From NCBI GenBank assembly GCA_031409335.1, contig JANNWY010000316.1, forward strand, positions 1 through 64,000: DNA of 64,000 nucleotides. The letters run 5' to 3'. A program made the position numbers and the translations under genes. The notes under the pieces were generated by a model, which made no database searches, had not been told where the DNA came from, and was given only the letters and a program-made list of their open reading frames with translations. This DNA is from Chthoniobacteraceae bacterium (GTDB lineage Bacteria > Verrucomicrobiota > Verrucomicrobiia > Chthoniobacterales > Chthoniobacteraceae). Shown piece after piece: positions 55,575-64,000 of the stretch. Numbering within the stretch: the stretch's first letter is position 1; each line of letters opens with the position of its first letter.

Positions 55575-57308
55575 TCACTCGCTCATAGCCGGCGCAATCC
55601 ATTCCCCGTAAGCGCGCGGGCCGAAGTATTCGTAATCCCGATTCTCGAAATCCGTGCCAGTGAGCATGGCATGGATAAAGCCATTGAATTCCACCAGACG
55701 GGTGTGCAGGACTGCCTTGCCGGGATTTTCACGCAGGAGAAATTTTACGCGACCACCCAGCGCGATGAAGCGTTGCCAGTCGGTCTCTTTCGCGTGCCGG
55801 AAGGACAGCGCCTTTGCCAAATCCCCCTGCATCGCAAGGCTGCGGCCCCAGGTCCCACCGGCTTCGCTCACAAACGTTTTCCCGTTCAGCAGCGCGATGG
55901 AATCGTGGTAGGCCAGCACGCAAAGATGCGGATGCCGGGAGCCTGTGAGCCATGCTGAGAGTTTGGCCAGGTGTCCCTTGGTGGCATCGTAGGCATAGTT
56001 ACTGTCGAGGAAGGCAATCCTTTCAATGTCATTCGGGATTTGCCCGACACCGTTGAGGTAGCCGAAGGTGAAACTTCCCCCGCCGCTGTGGCCGGTGAGG
56101 GTCATGGATACCGGCTGGTCGGGGAAGTGCCCGCGCAACGCAGCGACCAGCCGGGGAATGCGTTGATCGTCGGGATCGTGCTTTTTTCGCCAGGCAGGCC
56201 AGGACCGCTCGGCGCATTCGAGATATGCCACCACGAAATTGGCATCGGTGAAATGCTGGCGCAGCCAGCGGGTTTGCGCGCCGATGTGCTGGATGTCGAA
56301 ATGGAAGTCACCCCCAGGCGGGATGGCTCGTCCGATGGTCTGCTCGATGGTGTTCCCGTTTGGCAGGGCGTAGAGGACGAGCCGGACCGCTTTGCCGGAA
56401 TCGAATCCCGCGGCACGGTTGATGATTACCCGCACTCCGGGATCGAAATCGAGAGTCACATTCTGCTCGCCGAATGAGTCGGCTGGCGATGGTCGGGTGG
56501 TTGCGGTCTCGCCGATGAGTTCGGACAGGGCCGGATTTTTGAGAAAGTCAGCGAAGCTCATCTCCGTGCCATCCACCGTGACGCGCTGCCGCACCAGGCG
56601 GATGCCATGACTGTAATCGACCCAGGAACTGGCATGACCGAGGTAGAGCGGTTGAATCGCCATGCCATCGGGTTTGTGCCATCCGTAGATGGCGACTTTT
56701 CCGGGGTTGTCGATGAGTCGGGCGTCCCAAACGAGATCCTTCTTATGCCCCGCGACCAGTTCGCCCAGTGGGTGTGCGGCCAGGATGGCGGTACGCTGCC
56801 GATGCACGATTTCGTTGTGCTCCACAAACGCTGCCCATGTCGTCATCGCCGGACTGGGAGGCATGGGTGCCGGGGCCAGTTTCACGGAGGCGTTGGCGAA
56901 AATGGCATCGACAAGTTTCGGCGTGGGCAGCACGCATTCCCAGCGCTCCGCGATCGCGCGCGCCGTCATGGGACTGAGCGGAACCAGCAGATAGTCCTGG
57001 TCCGAACCCACCGCCAGATACTCCGGGGCGACCTGAAAGGTGGCGGAGTGGGCCGCGCCCTTGACCACGACTGGCCTGAACTTTCTCCAGAAGTCCGGCA
57101 CATTCCCGGCGGAGAATTGCACGAGAATTTCCCGCTCCCTGGCCGCCAAATCGAGCCCGGCACAGCGTTGCGCGAGAACACTTCCTGGGATGGCATCCAC
57201 AAGCCGCGCGGGAATCGGCAGATCGTCCGCCCGGACGGGATTCGTGAGCGCCAATGCCAGCGCAGCCATTAGAGCGCGACCACTCTCAACGCGCGCTTGG
57301 TGCGCCAT
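55575..57308 (-). CDS. Exported two-domain protein: unknown GHKKD domain + alpha/beta hydrolase
   Basis: Signal-like N-terminus; C-terminal GHSGG nucleophile elbow and FLDS.Y; N-terminal GHKKD/AIYGWH/DYSHG motifs. Confidence 0.75.
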   Translation of the reverse strand: MAHQARVESGRALMAALALALTNPVRADDLPIPARLVDAIPGSVLAQRCAGLDLAAREREILVQFSAGNVPDFWRKFRPVVVKGAAHSATFQVAPEYLAVGSDQDYLLVPLSPMTARAIAERWECVLPTPKLVDAIFANASVKLAPAPMPPSPAMTTWAAFVEHNEIVHRQRTAILAAHPLGELVAGHKKDLVWDARLIDNPGKVAIYGWHKPDGMAIQPLYLGHASSWVDYSHGIRLVRQRVTVDGTEMSFADFLKNPALSELIGETATTRPSPADSFGEQNVTLDFDPGVRVIINRAAGFDSGKAVRLVLYALPNGNTIEQTIGRAIPPGGDFHFDIQHIGAQTRWLRQHFTDANFVVAYLECAERSWPAWRKKHDPDDQRIPRLVAALRGHFPDQPVSMTLTGHSGGGSFTFGYLNGVGQIPNDIERIAFLDSNYAYDATKGHLAKLSAWLTGSRHPHLCVLAYHDSIALLNGKTFVSEAGGTWGRSLAMQGDLAKALSFRHAKETDWQRFIALGGRVKFLLRENPGKAVLHTRLVEFNGFIHAMLTGTDFENRDYEYFGPRAYGEWIAPAMSE

Positions 57309-57311
57309 GAC

Positions 57312-58292
57312 CTACGGCACGCGCAGGAATTTATGCAGGTGACCAAACTGGGTCCACTCCGCCACGAGCAGGTTGCCATCCTTGTCGATCGAAGCGCCGT
57401 GGGGCGAATTGGAGATGCCTTCCTTCCACTGATCCTGCGCGAGGCCGTAGTTTGCGCGGTGGCGCGGGTTCGGATTGTCGCCGACTTGCGCGACGATTGC
57501 GCCTTCCCTATCCAGAACCGTGACCCTCCCCTGCAACTCGGGGAAGACCGCGTAGTCGCCCCGGATATGCACCGCCGCAGGCATCCGCAGGTCCTTCTGG
57601 ATGACCTTCACAAAGTTCCCATCAAGATCCCAATGCTCGACGCGGTTGCTATTGCGATTGCACACGAGCAGCAGCGGCTTCGCCTGCCGTGGGTCGAACG
57701 CGATGCCATGGCAGGTATTGAACTTACCCTCTTCCTCGCCCTTCCCGCCGAATGCCTTCACGAACTTGCGATCCTTGTCGAACTTCAACACATGGTTGGA
57801 CCCATAGCCATCCGCGATAAAGATCGAGCCATCGGGTGCCACTGTTACCGCGCAGGGATTGAAATTCTTGGCCTCCTTGTGGAGGCCCGCCTCGGGCGGA
57901 AAATTGATCACCCATTCCTGCGTGCCATCAAGCTTGAGTTTGATGACCTCATGCGCACTCGCGCGCGCGGCGTAGATTACTTCCGTCCCATTCTCCTCGC
58001 GAATCTCCAACCCGTGAATCCTTGCCGGCCCGAAGGCGCGGATGAATTTTCCATCTGGTGAAAAGACGACGATGCCGCGCGGGGTGTCGGTGGTGACGTA
58101 GATGTTGCCCGCTTTGTCCAGCACCAGGCCGCCGTGACACGCTCCCAAGGGTTGCCCGTCAGGCGTCGGCTCGAAAAAATTCGGCGCGATGGCGAATTTC
58201 AACTCCGCGGAGAAAGCCGTGCTGGCGGCGAGCGCGGTCACGCCAAGGACGTTGAGCGCGATCCGGATCTTGAGGGAATGGTGGTTTTTCAT
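57312..58292 (-). CDS. NHL-repeat beta-propeller (PAL-like)
   Basis: HG...D..GNIYV, IFIADGYG, F.T.HGI, PHG...D.DGNL.V.EW; signal peptide. Confidence 0.85.
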   Translation of the reverse strand: MKNHHSLKIRIALNVLGVTALAASTAFSAELKFAIAPNFFEPTPDGQPLGACHGGLVLDKAGNIYVTTDTPRGIVVFSPDGKFIRAFGPARIHGLEIREENGTEVIYAARASAHEVIKLKLDGTQEWVINFPPEAGLHKEAKNFNPCAVTVAPDGSIFIADGYGSNHVLKFDKDRKFVKAFGGKGEEEGKFNTCHGIAFDPRQAKPLLLVCNRNSNRVEHWDLDGNFVKVIQKDLRMPAAVHIRGDYAVFPELQGRVTVLDREGAIVAQVGDNPNPRHRANYGLAQDQWKEGISNSPHGASIDKDGNLLVAEWTQFGHLHKFLRVP

Positions 58293-58353
58293 GGAACGAT
58301 GAGTTGGTAGCTGCCCGGTTGCAATTTGCAATTGTAGAAACGCAATCGCGAAA

Positions 58354-58860
58354 TCACTCCCGCCACTGATCCGCGAAGACATCCACCTTTGCCGGATCGG
58401 ATAGGTCCGCCAGCAAATCCGCGATGCTTTTCGTCTGGCCCGGCAGGATGGCGCGCGGGCAGATGTCAGCGAGCGGCGCGAGGACGAAGCGGCGTTGATG
58501 CAGACGAGGGTGGGGGATCGCGATGTGGTCGCCAGTCAGCACGCGGTCGCCGATGTAGAGAATGTCGAGGTCGATCGTGCGCGAGGCATTGCGCGGGTGG
58601 CGCTTTGGTCTGCCGAGTTTCGCCTCGATCGCTTGCAGACTTCCGAGCAATTCTTCAGGTTCGCCGGTGAATTCGATTTCGAGCACGGCGTTGAGAAACG
58701 CGCCCGCGCCGGACTCGGTGTCGATCGGTTCGGTTTCGTAAACGCGCGAGGCGTTCACCGGCCCCGCGATCTTTTCCAAAGCGAGAAGCTCCCGTCGTGC
58801 GGCGCGCAGATGCCCTAGCCGGTCGCCGAGATTCGAGCCGAGCGCGATGCCCGTCCTCAC
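58354..58860 (-). CDS. folK: 2-amino-4-hydroxy-6-hydroxymethyldihydropteridine diphosphokinase
   Basis: IALGSNLGDR, YETEP, FLNAV, RTIDLDIL, PHPR...R.FVL.PL. Confidence 0.96.
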   Translation of the reverse strand: MRTGIALGSNLGDRLGHLRAARRELLALEKIAGPVNASRVYETEPIDTESGAGAFLNAVLEIEFTGEPEELLGSLQAIEAKLGRPKRHPRNASRTIDLDILYIGDRVLTGDHIAIPHPRLHQRRFVLAPLADICPRAILPGQTKSIADLLADLSDPAKVDVFADQWRE

Positions 58861-58965
58861 GATTGCGGATTGCGGATTGCGGATTGCGGATTTGCAACCG
58901 CTCCACGTGGCTCGCGCGCGTCAGAGTTCGGCCAATCCGCAATCCGCGATCCGCAATCTGCAATC
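58861..58965. repeat. Intergenic inverted repeat of GATTGCG heptamers
   Basis: (GATTGCG)x4 ... (CAATCCG)-like x4-5 fills the dapB-folK gap. Confidence 0.9.
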
Positions 58966-59707
58966 ATTTCAGTCCCAGCACATCCTGCATGTCGTAAAGC
59001 CCCGCTGGCTTGCCATGCGCCCACTGCGCCGCCCGGAGAGCCCCGCGGGCAAAGGTTTCGCGGCTGGATGCCTTGTGCGTCAGCTCCACCCGCTCGCCAT
59101 TCGCCGCGTAGATGACGGTGTGATCGCCGACCACATCGCCGCCGCGGATCGCGTGGACGCCGATCTCGTTGTCCGTGCGCGCGCCGACGATTCCTTCGCG
59201 TCCGTGGCGCGCGTTCGCGCTGTAGGAAAGGCCGCGCGCTTCGGCTAAAATCTCCGCGAGCTTTTTCGCGGTGCCGCTTGGCGAATCCTTTTTCAAGCGA
59301 TGATGCATCTCGACGACTTCGAGATCGAACGATGGCCCGAGGATTTCCGCCGCCTTGCGCGCGAGGTAGAACAGCGCGTTCACGCCGACGCTGTAGTTCG
59401 GCGCGAAGACAACGGGGATCTGGGCGGCGGCGTGATTGATGGTGGCGAGCTGCGCGTCGGTGTGGCCGGTGGTGCCGACCACGCAGATTTTTCCGTGCTC
59501 CACGCAACGCGCGAGCACGAGTTCGAGTACGTTCGGGCTGGAGAAATCGATCACCGCATCGCAGCCCGGCACGGCTCCGGCGAAGTCGTCGCCCATGTCC
59601 ACTTCGCCCGCGAGTTCGAGCGCGGGGTCGCTTTTCGCGCACGCGATGAGGGTCTGGCCCATGCGGCCTTTCGAGCCATTGATGAGAACGCGGAGCGGTG
59701 CGGCCAT
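58964..59707 (-). CDS. dapB: 4-hydroxy-tetrahydrodipicolinate reductase
   Basis: G..GRMG, IDFS, GTTG, APNYSVG, E.HH..K.D.PSGTA, RGGDVVGDH. Confidence 0.97.
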   Translation of the reverse strand: MAAPLRVLINGSKGRMGQTLIACAKSDPALELAGEVDMGDDFAGAVPGCDAVIDFSSPNVLELVLARCVEHGKICVVGTTGHTDAQLATINHAAAQIPVVFAPNYSVGVNALFYLARKAAEILGPSFDLEVVEMHHRLKKDSPSGTAKKLAEILAEARGLSYSANARHGREGIVGARTDNEIGVHAIRGGDVVGDHTVIYAANGERVELTHKASSRETFARGALRAAQWAHGKPAGLYDMQDVLGLK

Positions 59708-60586
59708 TTAGGAAATGAGTTGGAGATTGCGCAGCGTGGTTTCGAGTTTCGCGCGGGTCGCGTCAGCCATTTCGCAAAGCGGCAGCCGCACGTCGGCGAG
59801 CATCTCGCCGCGGAGCGCGAGCGCGTGTTTTGCGGGCACGGGATTCGGTTCGATGAAGAGATCCTTAAAGAGCGAATACCAATGGAAGTGCAGCCGCCGC
59901 GCCTCGTCGAATTTCCCCGCCAGCGCCGCGTTCACGAGATCGGACACGGCCTTCGGCACGATGTTCGATGCGACGCTGATCACGCCATTTCCCCCAGCGG
60001 CGATGAATGGCAGCGTGAGCGAATCGTCTCCCGAAAGAATCACAAACTCCGCCGGCAACGCCGCGCGCAGCGCGCTCACCCGCTCGACCGAGCCACCCGC
60101 TTCCTTGATCGCGACAATGTTCGGACTCGCCTGCGCGAGACGCGCCACGGTTTCCACCGCGATCTCGATCCCGCAGCGTCCGGGGATGCTGTAGAGAATG
60201 TGCGGCAGCTTCGAGGCTTCGGCGATTTTCGTGAAATGGCGGACGAGTCCTTCCTGCGAAGGTTTGTTGTAGTACGGCGCGACTTGCAGGGTGGCATCGC
60301 AGCCGACCCGCTCGGCTTCCTTCGTCATCTCCACGGCTTCCGCAGTCGAATTCGAGCCAGTCCCGCCGATCACTTTGCAGCGGCCCGCCGCAGTCTTCAC
60401 CGCGAGTTCGATGACGCGGATGTGTTCCTCGTGCGTGAGCGTCGGCGACTCGCCGGTGGTGCCGACCGGCACTATGCCGGTGATGCCGCCCGCGATTTGT
60501 CCTTCGATGAGGCGCACAAACGCGGCTTCATCGACTCGATCGTTTTGGAACGGCGTAACGAGCGCCGTGTAGGTGCCTGCAAACAT
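59708..60586 (-). CDS. dapA: 4-hydroxy-tetrahydrodipicolinate synthase
   Basis: TALVTPF, GTTGESPTL, PYYNKP, LY.IPGR, IKEA, SGDD, PNPVP.K. Confidence 0.97.
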   Translation of the reverse strand: MFAGTYTALVTPFQNDRVDEAAFVRLIEGQIAGGITGIVPVGTTGESPTLTHEEHIRVIELAVKTAAGRCKVIGGTGSNSTAEAVEMTKEAERVGCDATLQVAPYYNKPSQEGLVRHFTKIAEASKLPHILYSIPGRCGIEIAVETVARLAQASPNIVAIKEAGGSVERVSALRAALPAEFVILSGDDSLTLPFIAAGGNGVISVASNIVPKAVSDLVNAALAGKFDEARRLHFHWYSLFKDLFIEPNPVPAKHALALRGEMLADVRLPLCEMADATRAKLETTLRNLQLIS

Positions 60587-60704
60587 AAATAAGGGCGGCG
60601 TTTTTAAGCCGGGAAGTTTGGCTTGGATAGGAAAGATTTGCGCCTCGCACGCTGGCACAGGGAGATTGCACTGCCCGTCCATTCCCGGCAAATTCCCGGA
60701 CGAA

Positions 60705-61277
60705 ATGGCCGAATTGCAGGAACATTCCGGTAATGATGTGACGCGGATTCTGAACGCGGTCCGCCGCGGTGATGCGCATGCCGGGGACGATTTGATGTCT
60801 GCGGTTTACGCGGAATTGCGCAGGATCGCGGGCGCGAAGATGGCGCGCGAGCAACCCGGCCGCACGCTCCAGGCCACCGCGCTCGTGCATGAGGCGTGGC
60901 TGCGTTTGGGCGAGCAGACGTTTGAAAATCGCGCGCACTTTTTCGCAGCAGCTGCCGAGGCCATGCGGCGCATCCTCGTCGATCGTGCACGCCGGAAGAT
61001 TTCTCCCAAGCACGGTGCCGGCGCGGAGCACTGCGATTTTGCGGATCTGGAAATCGCCACACCGCTCGCGAATGACGATGAGTTGCTCGCGGTGAACGAG
61101 GCGCTGGAGGAGTTTGCGCGACACGATGCGCGCAAAGCGGAATTGGTGAAGCTGCGTTACTTCGTGGGCCTCACGTTTGAGGAAGCGGCGGACGTGCTCG
61201 GCATCTCGGTCATCACCGCGAAGCGCGACTGGGCCTACGCCCGCGCCTGGCTGCACCATGCGATCGACGGCGGCTGA
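60705..61277 (+). CDS. ECF-type sigma factor (kinase-associated PVC type)
   Basis: DVT.IL, VY.ELR..A, TLQATALVHEAWLRL, HFF.AAA.AMRRILVD.AR, LRYF.GL, RDW.YARAWL. Confidence 0.93.
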   Translation: MAELQEHSGNDVTRILNAVRRGDAHAGDDLMSAVYAELRRIAGAKMAREQPGRTLQATALVHEAWLRLGEQTFENRAHFFAAAAEAMRRILVDRARRKISPKHGAGAEHCDFADLEIATPLANDDELLAVNEALEEFARHDARKAELVKLRYFVGLTFEEAADVLGISVITAKRDWAYARAWLHHAIDGG

Positions 61278-61296
61278 GGGAAGAGTTGCGTCCTTT

Positions 61297-61326
61297 TGAT
61301 ACGATTCGTCCCCGCTTTTCGCATGT
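61297..61326 (+). promoter_or_regulatory. Candidate ECF-dependent promoter for the kinase gene
   Basis: TGATAC-N16-TCGCAT between the sigma stop and the kinase start; assignment is inference from position. Confidence 0.3.
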
Positions 61327-61350
61327 AGGAAAAGGCCCGCACCACCCGCT

Positions 61351-64000
61351 ATCGAAACACCTGACCCCATCGTCGAGAGAGAAATCTTCGCCGCCGCCGC
61401 CGCCCTGGCACCGGCGGAGCGGCTCGCGTATCTCGACGCCGCGTGCGGCAGTAACGCGGAACTCCGCGCGCGGGTCGAGGATTGGCTGCGGACGCATGAT
61501 GCGGACAGCTTCATGGAAGCGGCGGCCTGCGCGCCTGAAATTGAGGCCAATCTCGCGCGGCTAAAGCCGGAGGAAGTTGGCGAGTTGATCGGGCCGTACA
61601 AATTGATGGAGCAGATTGGGCAGGGTGGTTTCGGGACGGTGTGGGTCGCGAATCAGGAAAAGCCGGTGCGACGGCAGGTGGCGCTGAAGATCATCAAGCT
61701 CGGGATGGATACGAAGGAAGTCATCGCGCGCTTCGAGCAGGAGCGGCAGGCGCTCGCGCTGATGGATCATCCGCACATTGCGAAGGTTCTCGATGCGGGC
61801 GCGACGCAGTGGGGCCGGCCGTTTTTCGTCATGGAATTAGTCCGCGGGATCAAGATCACCGACTACTGCGATCAGGCGAATCTCACGACGGCGGAGCGGC
61901 TCGCGCTTTTCATCCAGGTCTGTCACGCGGTGCAGCACGCGCATCAGAAAGGCATCATCCACCGCGACCTCAAGCCGTCGAACATTCTGGTGACGCTGCA
62001 CGACGGCGTGCCGGTGCCGAAGGTCATCGACTTCGGCGTGGCGAAGGCGACGCAGCAACAGCGGCTCACCGACCTGACGATCTACACGCAGTTCCAGCAG
62101 ATGATCGGCACGCCGCTCTACATGTCGCCCGAGCAGGCCGAGATGAGCGGGCTGGACATCGACACGCGCAGCGACATCTACAGCCTCGGTGTCCTGCTCT
62201 ACGAATTGCTCACGGGCCGCACGCCGTTCGATCCCGAGGAGTTGATGAAGCAGGGGCTTGATGAAATCCGCCGCACCATCCGCGAGCAGGAGCCGCAGAC
62301 GCCTTCGATGTTTCTGAAAACGATGGCCGGCGCAGCCCGCGCAACGGTCGCCCAACACCGGCAATGCGATCCCGACAAACTCGCAAAAACGGTGCGCGGC
62401 GACCTCGACTGGATCGTGATGAAGGCGCTCGAAAAGGATCGTGGGCGCCGTTACGAAACGGCGAACGGCCTCGCGCTCGACATCAAGCGCCACCTCGAAA
62501 GCGAGCCGGTGCTCGCGCGCCCCACGAGCTGGGTCTATCGCGTCCGCCGGCTGGTCAAACGCAACAAGCTCGCCTTCGCGGCGGGCGCGGTGGTGACGCT
62601 GGCGCTGCTGGCGTCGCTGGTGGTGCTCGTCGTCAGCCGGGCGGGGATTCTCACGGAGAGAGATCAAAAGGATGTCGCGTTGCAGCAACGAGGCACGGCT
62701 TTGACGGAGGCGAAGAATCAGCTTTTTTCCGCTCTCTTGAACGCCGCCCGCGCGGGCCGCTTCAGCCGCCAACCGGGGCAGCGGCTCGACAGTCTCGACG
62801 CGCTGGAAAAAGCCGCCGCCATTCATCCCGATGAGCGCCTGCGCGATGAAGCCATCGCCGCGATGGCGCTGCCGGATGTGCGCCCCGGCCCGAGTTGGAA
62901 AGGTGGTCGGCCGGAGTATGTCGATGGCGCGGGCCGGCTCTCGGTGACCTATAAAGGAGAGGCGATCATCCTTCACTCGATCCCCGACGGACGCGAGGTG
63001 CGCCGCATCGAAACCGGGCGTCAGCCGCGCGACATGACCCTCAGCCGCGATGGCCGTTTTTTGGCAGAGCACGATACCGATTTCAAACTGCGCATCTGGC
63101 GCGTGAGCGATGGGCAGACCGTGTTTGGCGATGAGCCGGGGCGAAGCGATTGCTGGGCTTTCAGCGCGGACAGCCGGCATCTCGCGGTGGGAAACGGGGA
63201 CGAGATCGTGCGGTACGATTTGGAAATGGGACGGGAGATCAATCGCTGGCGCGCGCGCGGCCCGGTCCACGCGCTCGCTTTTCATCCAGACGATCGCCAG
63301 CTCGCCGTCGGCTACCAGAATTTGCAGTTCGTTTCCACCTACGTCGTCGCCGATGGCACGCACGTCGCCGATTTGCCAGTGGGCGCGATGAACCAGCAAG
63401 TCCTCGTCTGGCACCCGGACGGGAGGCGGCTCGCGGTCGGCGGTTCGGACCCGCGCATCCAGATCTGGGACGTGCCGGCGAAACGCAAAGTCGCGACGCT
63501 GGAGGGCCATGTGTCGCAGGTTACGATGCTCGGTTTTCATCCGGGCGGCAGCCTGCTCGTCTCGAATGGATGGGAGGGGATGCTCCGCATGTGGGAGCCG
63601 TCGTCCGGACGCCAGGTGCTGCAGTTTTCCCATGTGCTCAGTTCGATTGAGTTTAGCACCGATGGCCGATGGATTGGCGCGTTCAATACAGGCGACGGAG
63701 GGCAGCTCCTCGAAGTCGCGGCGTGCCCGGAATACCGCACCATCGGCAACAGTCTCGACGTGGGGTCGGGCGGGTATTTCGACGGCGGCATCAGCCCGGA
63801 TGGTCGGCTGCTGGCGATGGGCATGGCCAATGGCGTTCGTATTTGGGAAATCGCCAGCGGTCGTGAGGCGGCCTTCCTCCCGATCCGCAGCACGGCCTCG
63901 GCTTTTTTTCAGCCGGACGGGCGGGAATTGATCACCTGCGGCGATACGGGCCTGCATCGCTGGCCGATCCTCGAGCGCACGGGCTCCGCCGGGCCGTTCC
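61351..64000 (+). CDS. Hanks-type Ser/Thr protein kinase with TM segment and WD40 repeats (3' truncated by the window)
   Basis: Read directly from the sequence in frame +1: IGQGGFGTV, VALKIIK, HRDLKPSN, IDFGVAK, GTPLYMSPEQ, then WD-type repeats. Absent from the ORF track, consistent with no stop before the window end. Confidence 0.93.
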   Translation, partial: METPDPIVEREIFAAAAALAPAERLAYLDAACGSNAELRARVEDWLRTHDADSFMEAAACAPEIEANLARLKPEEVGELIGPYKLMEQIGQGGFGTVWVANQEKPVRRQVALKIIKLGMDTKEVIARFEQERQALALMDHPHIAKVLDAGATQWGRPFFVMELVRGIKITDYCDQANLTTAERLALFIQVCHAVQHAHQKGIIHRDLKPSNILVTLHDGVPVPKVIDFGVAKATQQQRLTDLTIYTQFQQMIGTPLYMSPEQAEMSGLDIDTRSDIYSLGVLLYELLTGRTPFDPEELMKQGLDEIRRTIREQEPQTPSMFLKTMAGAARATVAQHRQCDPDKLAKTVRGDLDWIVMKALEKDRGRRYETANGLALDIKRHLESEPVLARPTSWVYRVRRLVKRNKLAFAAGAVVTLALLASLVVLVVSRAGILTERDQKDVALQQRGTALTEAKNQLFSALLNAARAGRFSRQPGQRLDSLDALEKAAAIHPDERLRDEAIAAMALPDVRPGPSWKGGRPEYVDGAGRLSVTYKGEAIILHSIPDGREVRRIETGRQPRDMTLSRDGRFLAEHDTDFKLRIWRVSDGQTVFGDEPGRSDCWAFSADSRHLAVGNGDEIVRYDLEMGREINRWRARGPVHALAFHPDDRQLAVGYQNLQFVSTYVVADGTHVADLPVGAMNQQVLVWHPDGRRLAVGGSDPRIQIWDVPAKRKVATLEGHVSQVTMLGFHPGGSLLVSNGWEGMLRMWEPSSGRQVLQFSHVLSSIEFSTDGRWIGAFNTGDGGQLLEVAACPEYRTIGNSLDVGSGGYFDGGISPDGRLLAMGMANGVRIWEIASGREAAFLPIRSTASAFFQPDGRELITCGDTGLHRWPILERTGSAGPF

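Noticed and set aside
61837..63957. 706-aa minus-strand ORF
   Set aside because: Antisense to the clear Ser/Thr kinase-WD40 frame.

Overview
GC-rich bacterial chromosome segment. Gene content and protein styles suggest Verrucomicrobiota, probably Chthoniobacterales-like (inference). In order: (1) A decayed IS1634-family element (80-1942, perfect 20-bp TIRs) whose transposase carries at least seven short palindromic REP-like insertions from two families, plus deletions. (2) Housekeeping and envelope genes: M1 aminopeptidase, phoH, heptose-7-P kinase, exosortase. (3) A sigma54-type flagellar operon, flgF-G-A-H-I-J-N-K-L. (4) dnaG-rpoD and aroF. (5) Secreted and envelope enzymes: GDSL, transglutaminase-like, a 1.9-kaa LTD/CotH protein, PQQ propeller, serine hydrolase, FAD oxidoreductase, GT-C, two VWA proteins. 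(6) A ~9.7-kb integrative element in tRNA-Thr(CGT) (42912-52589). It carries a tyrosine integrase, a tandem ~283-bp non-coding duplication, xis, an apparently permuted AEP primase, an SF4-type helicase, an iteron-like repeat field that also recurs beyond a delta-60 adhesin cargo gene, and a Panacea-RelE toxin-antitoxin pair. (7) Di-haem peroxidase, M42 peptidase, folK/dapB/dapA, and an ECF sigma plus a WD40 Ser/Thr kinase that runs off the window end. The most unusual signals are the REP-scarred transposase and the non-coding architecture of the integrative element. All product calls come from reading motifs by eye; no database searches were run.
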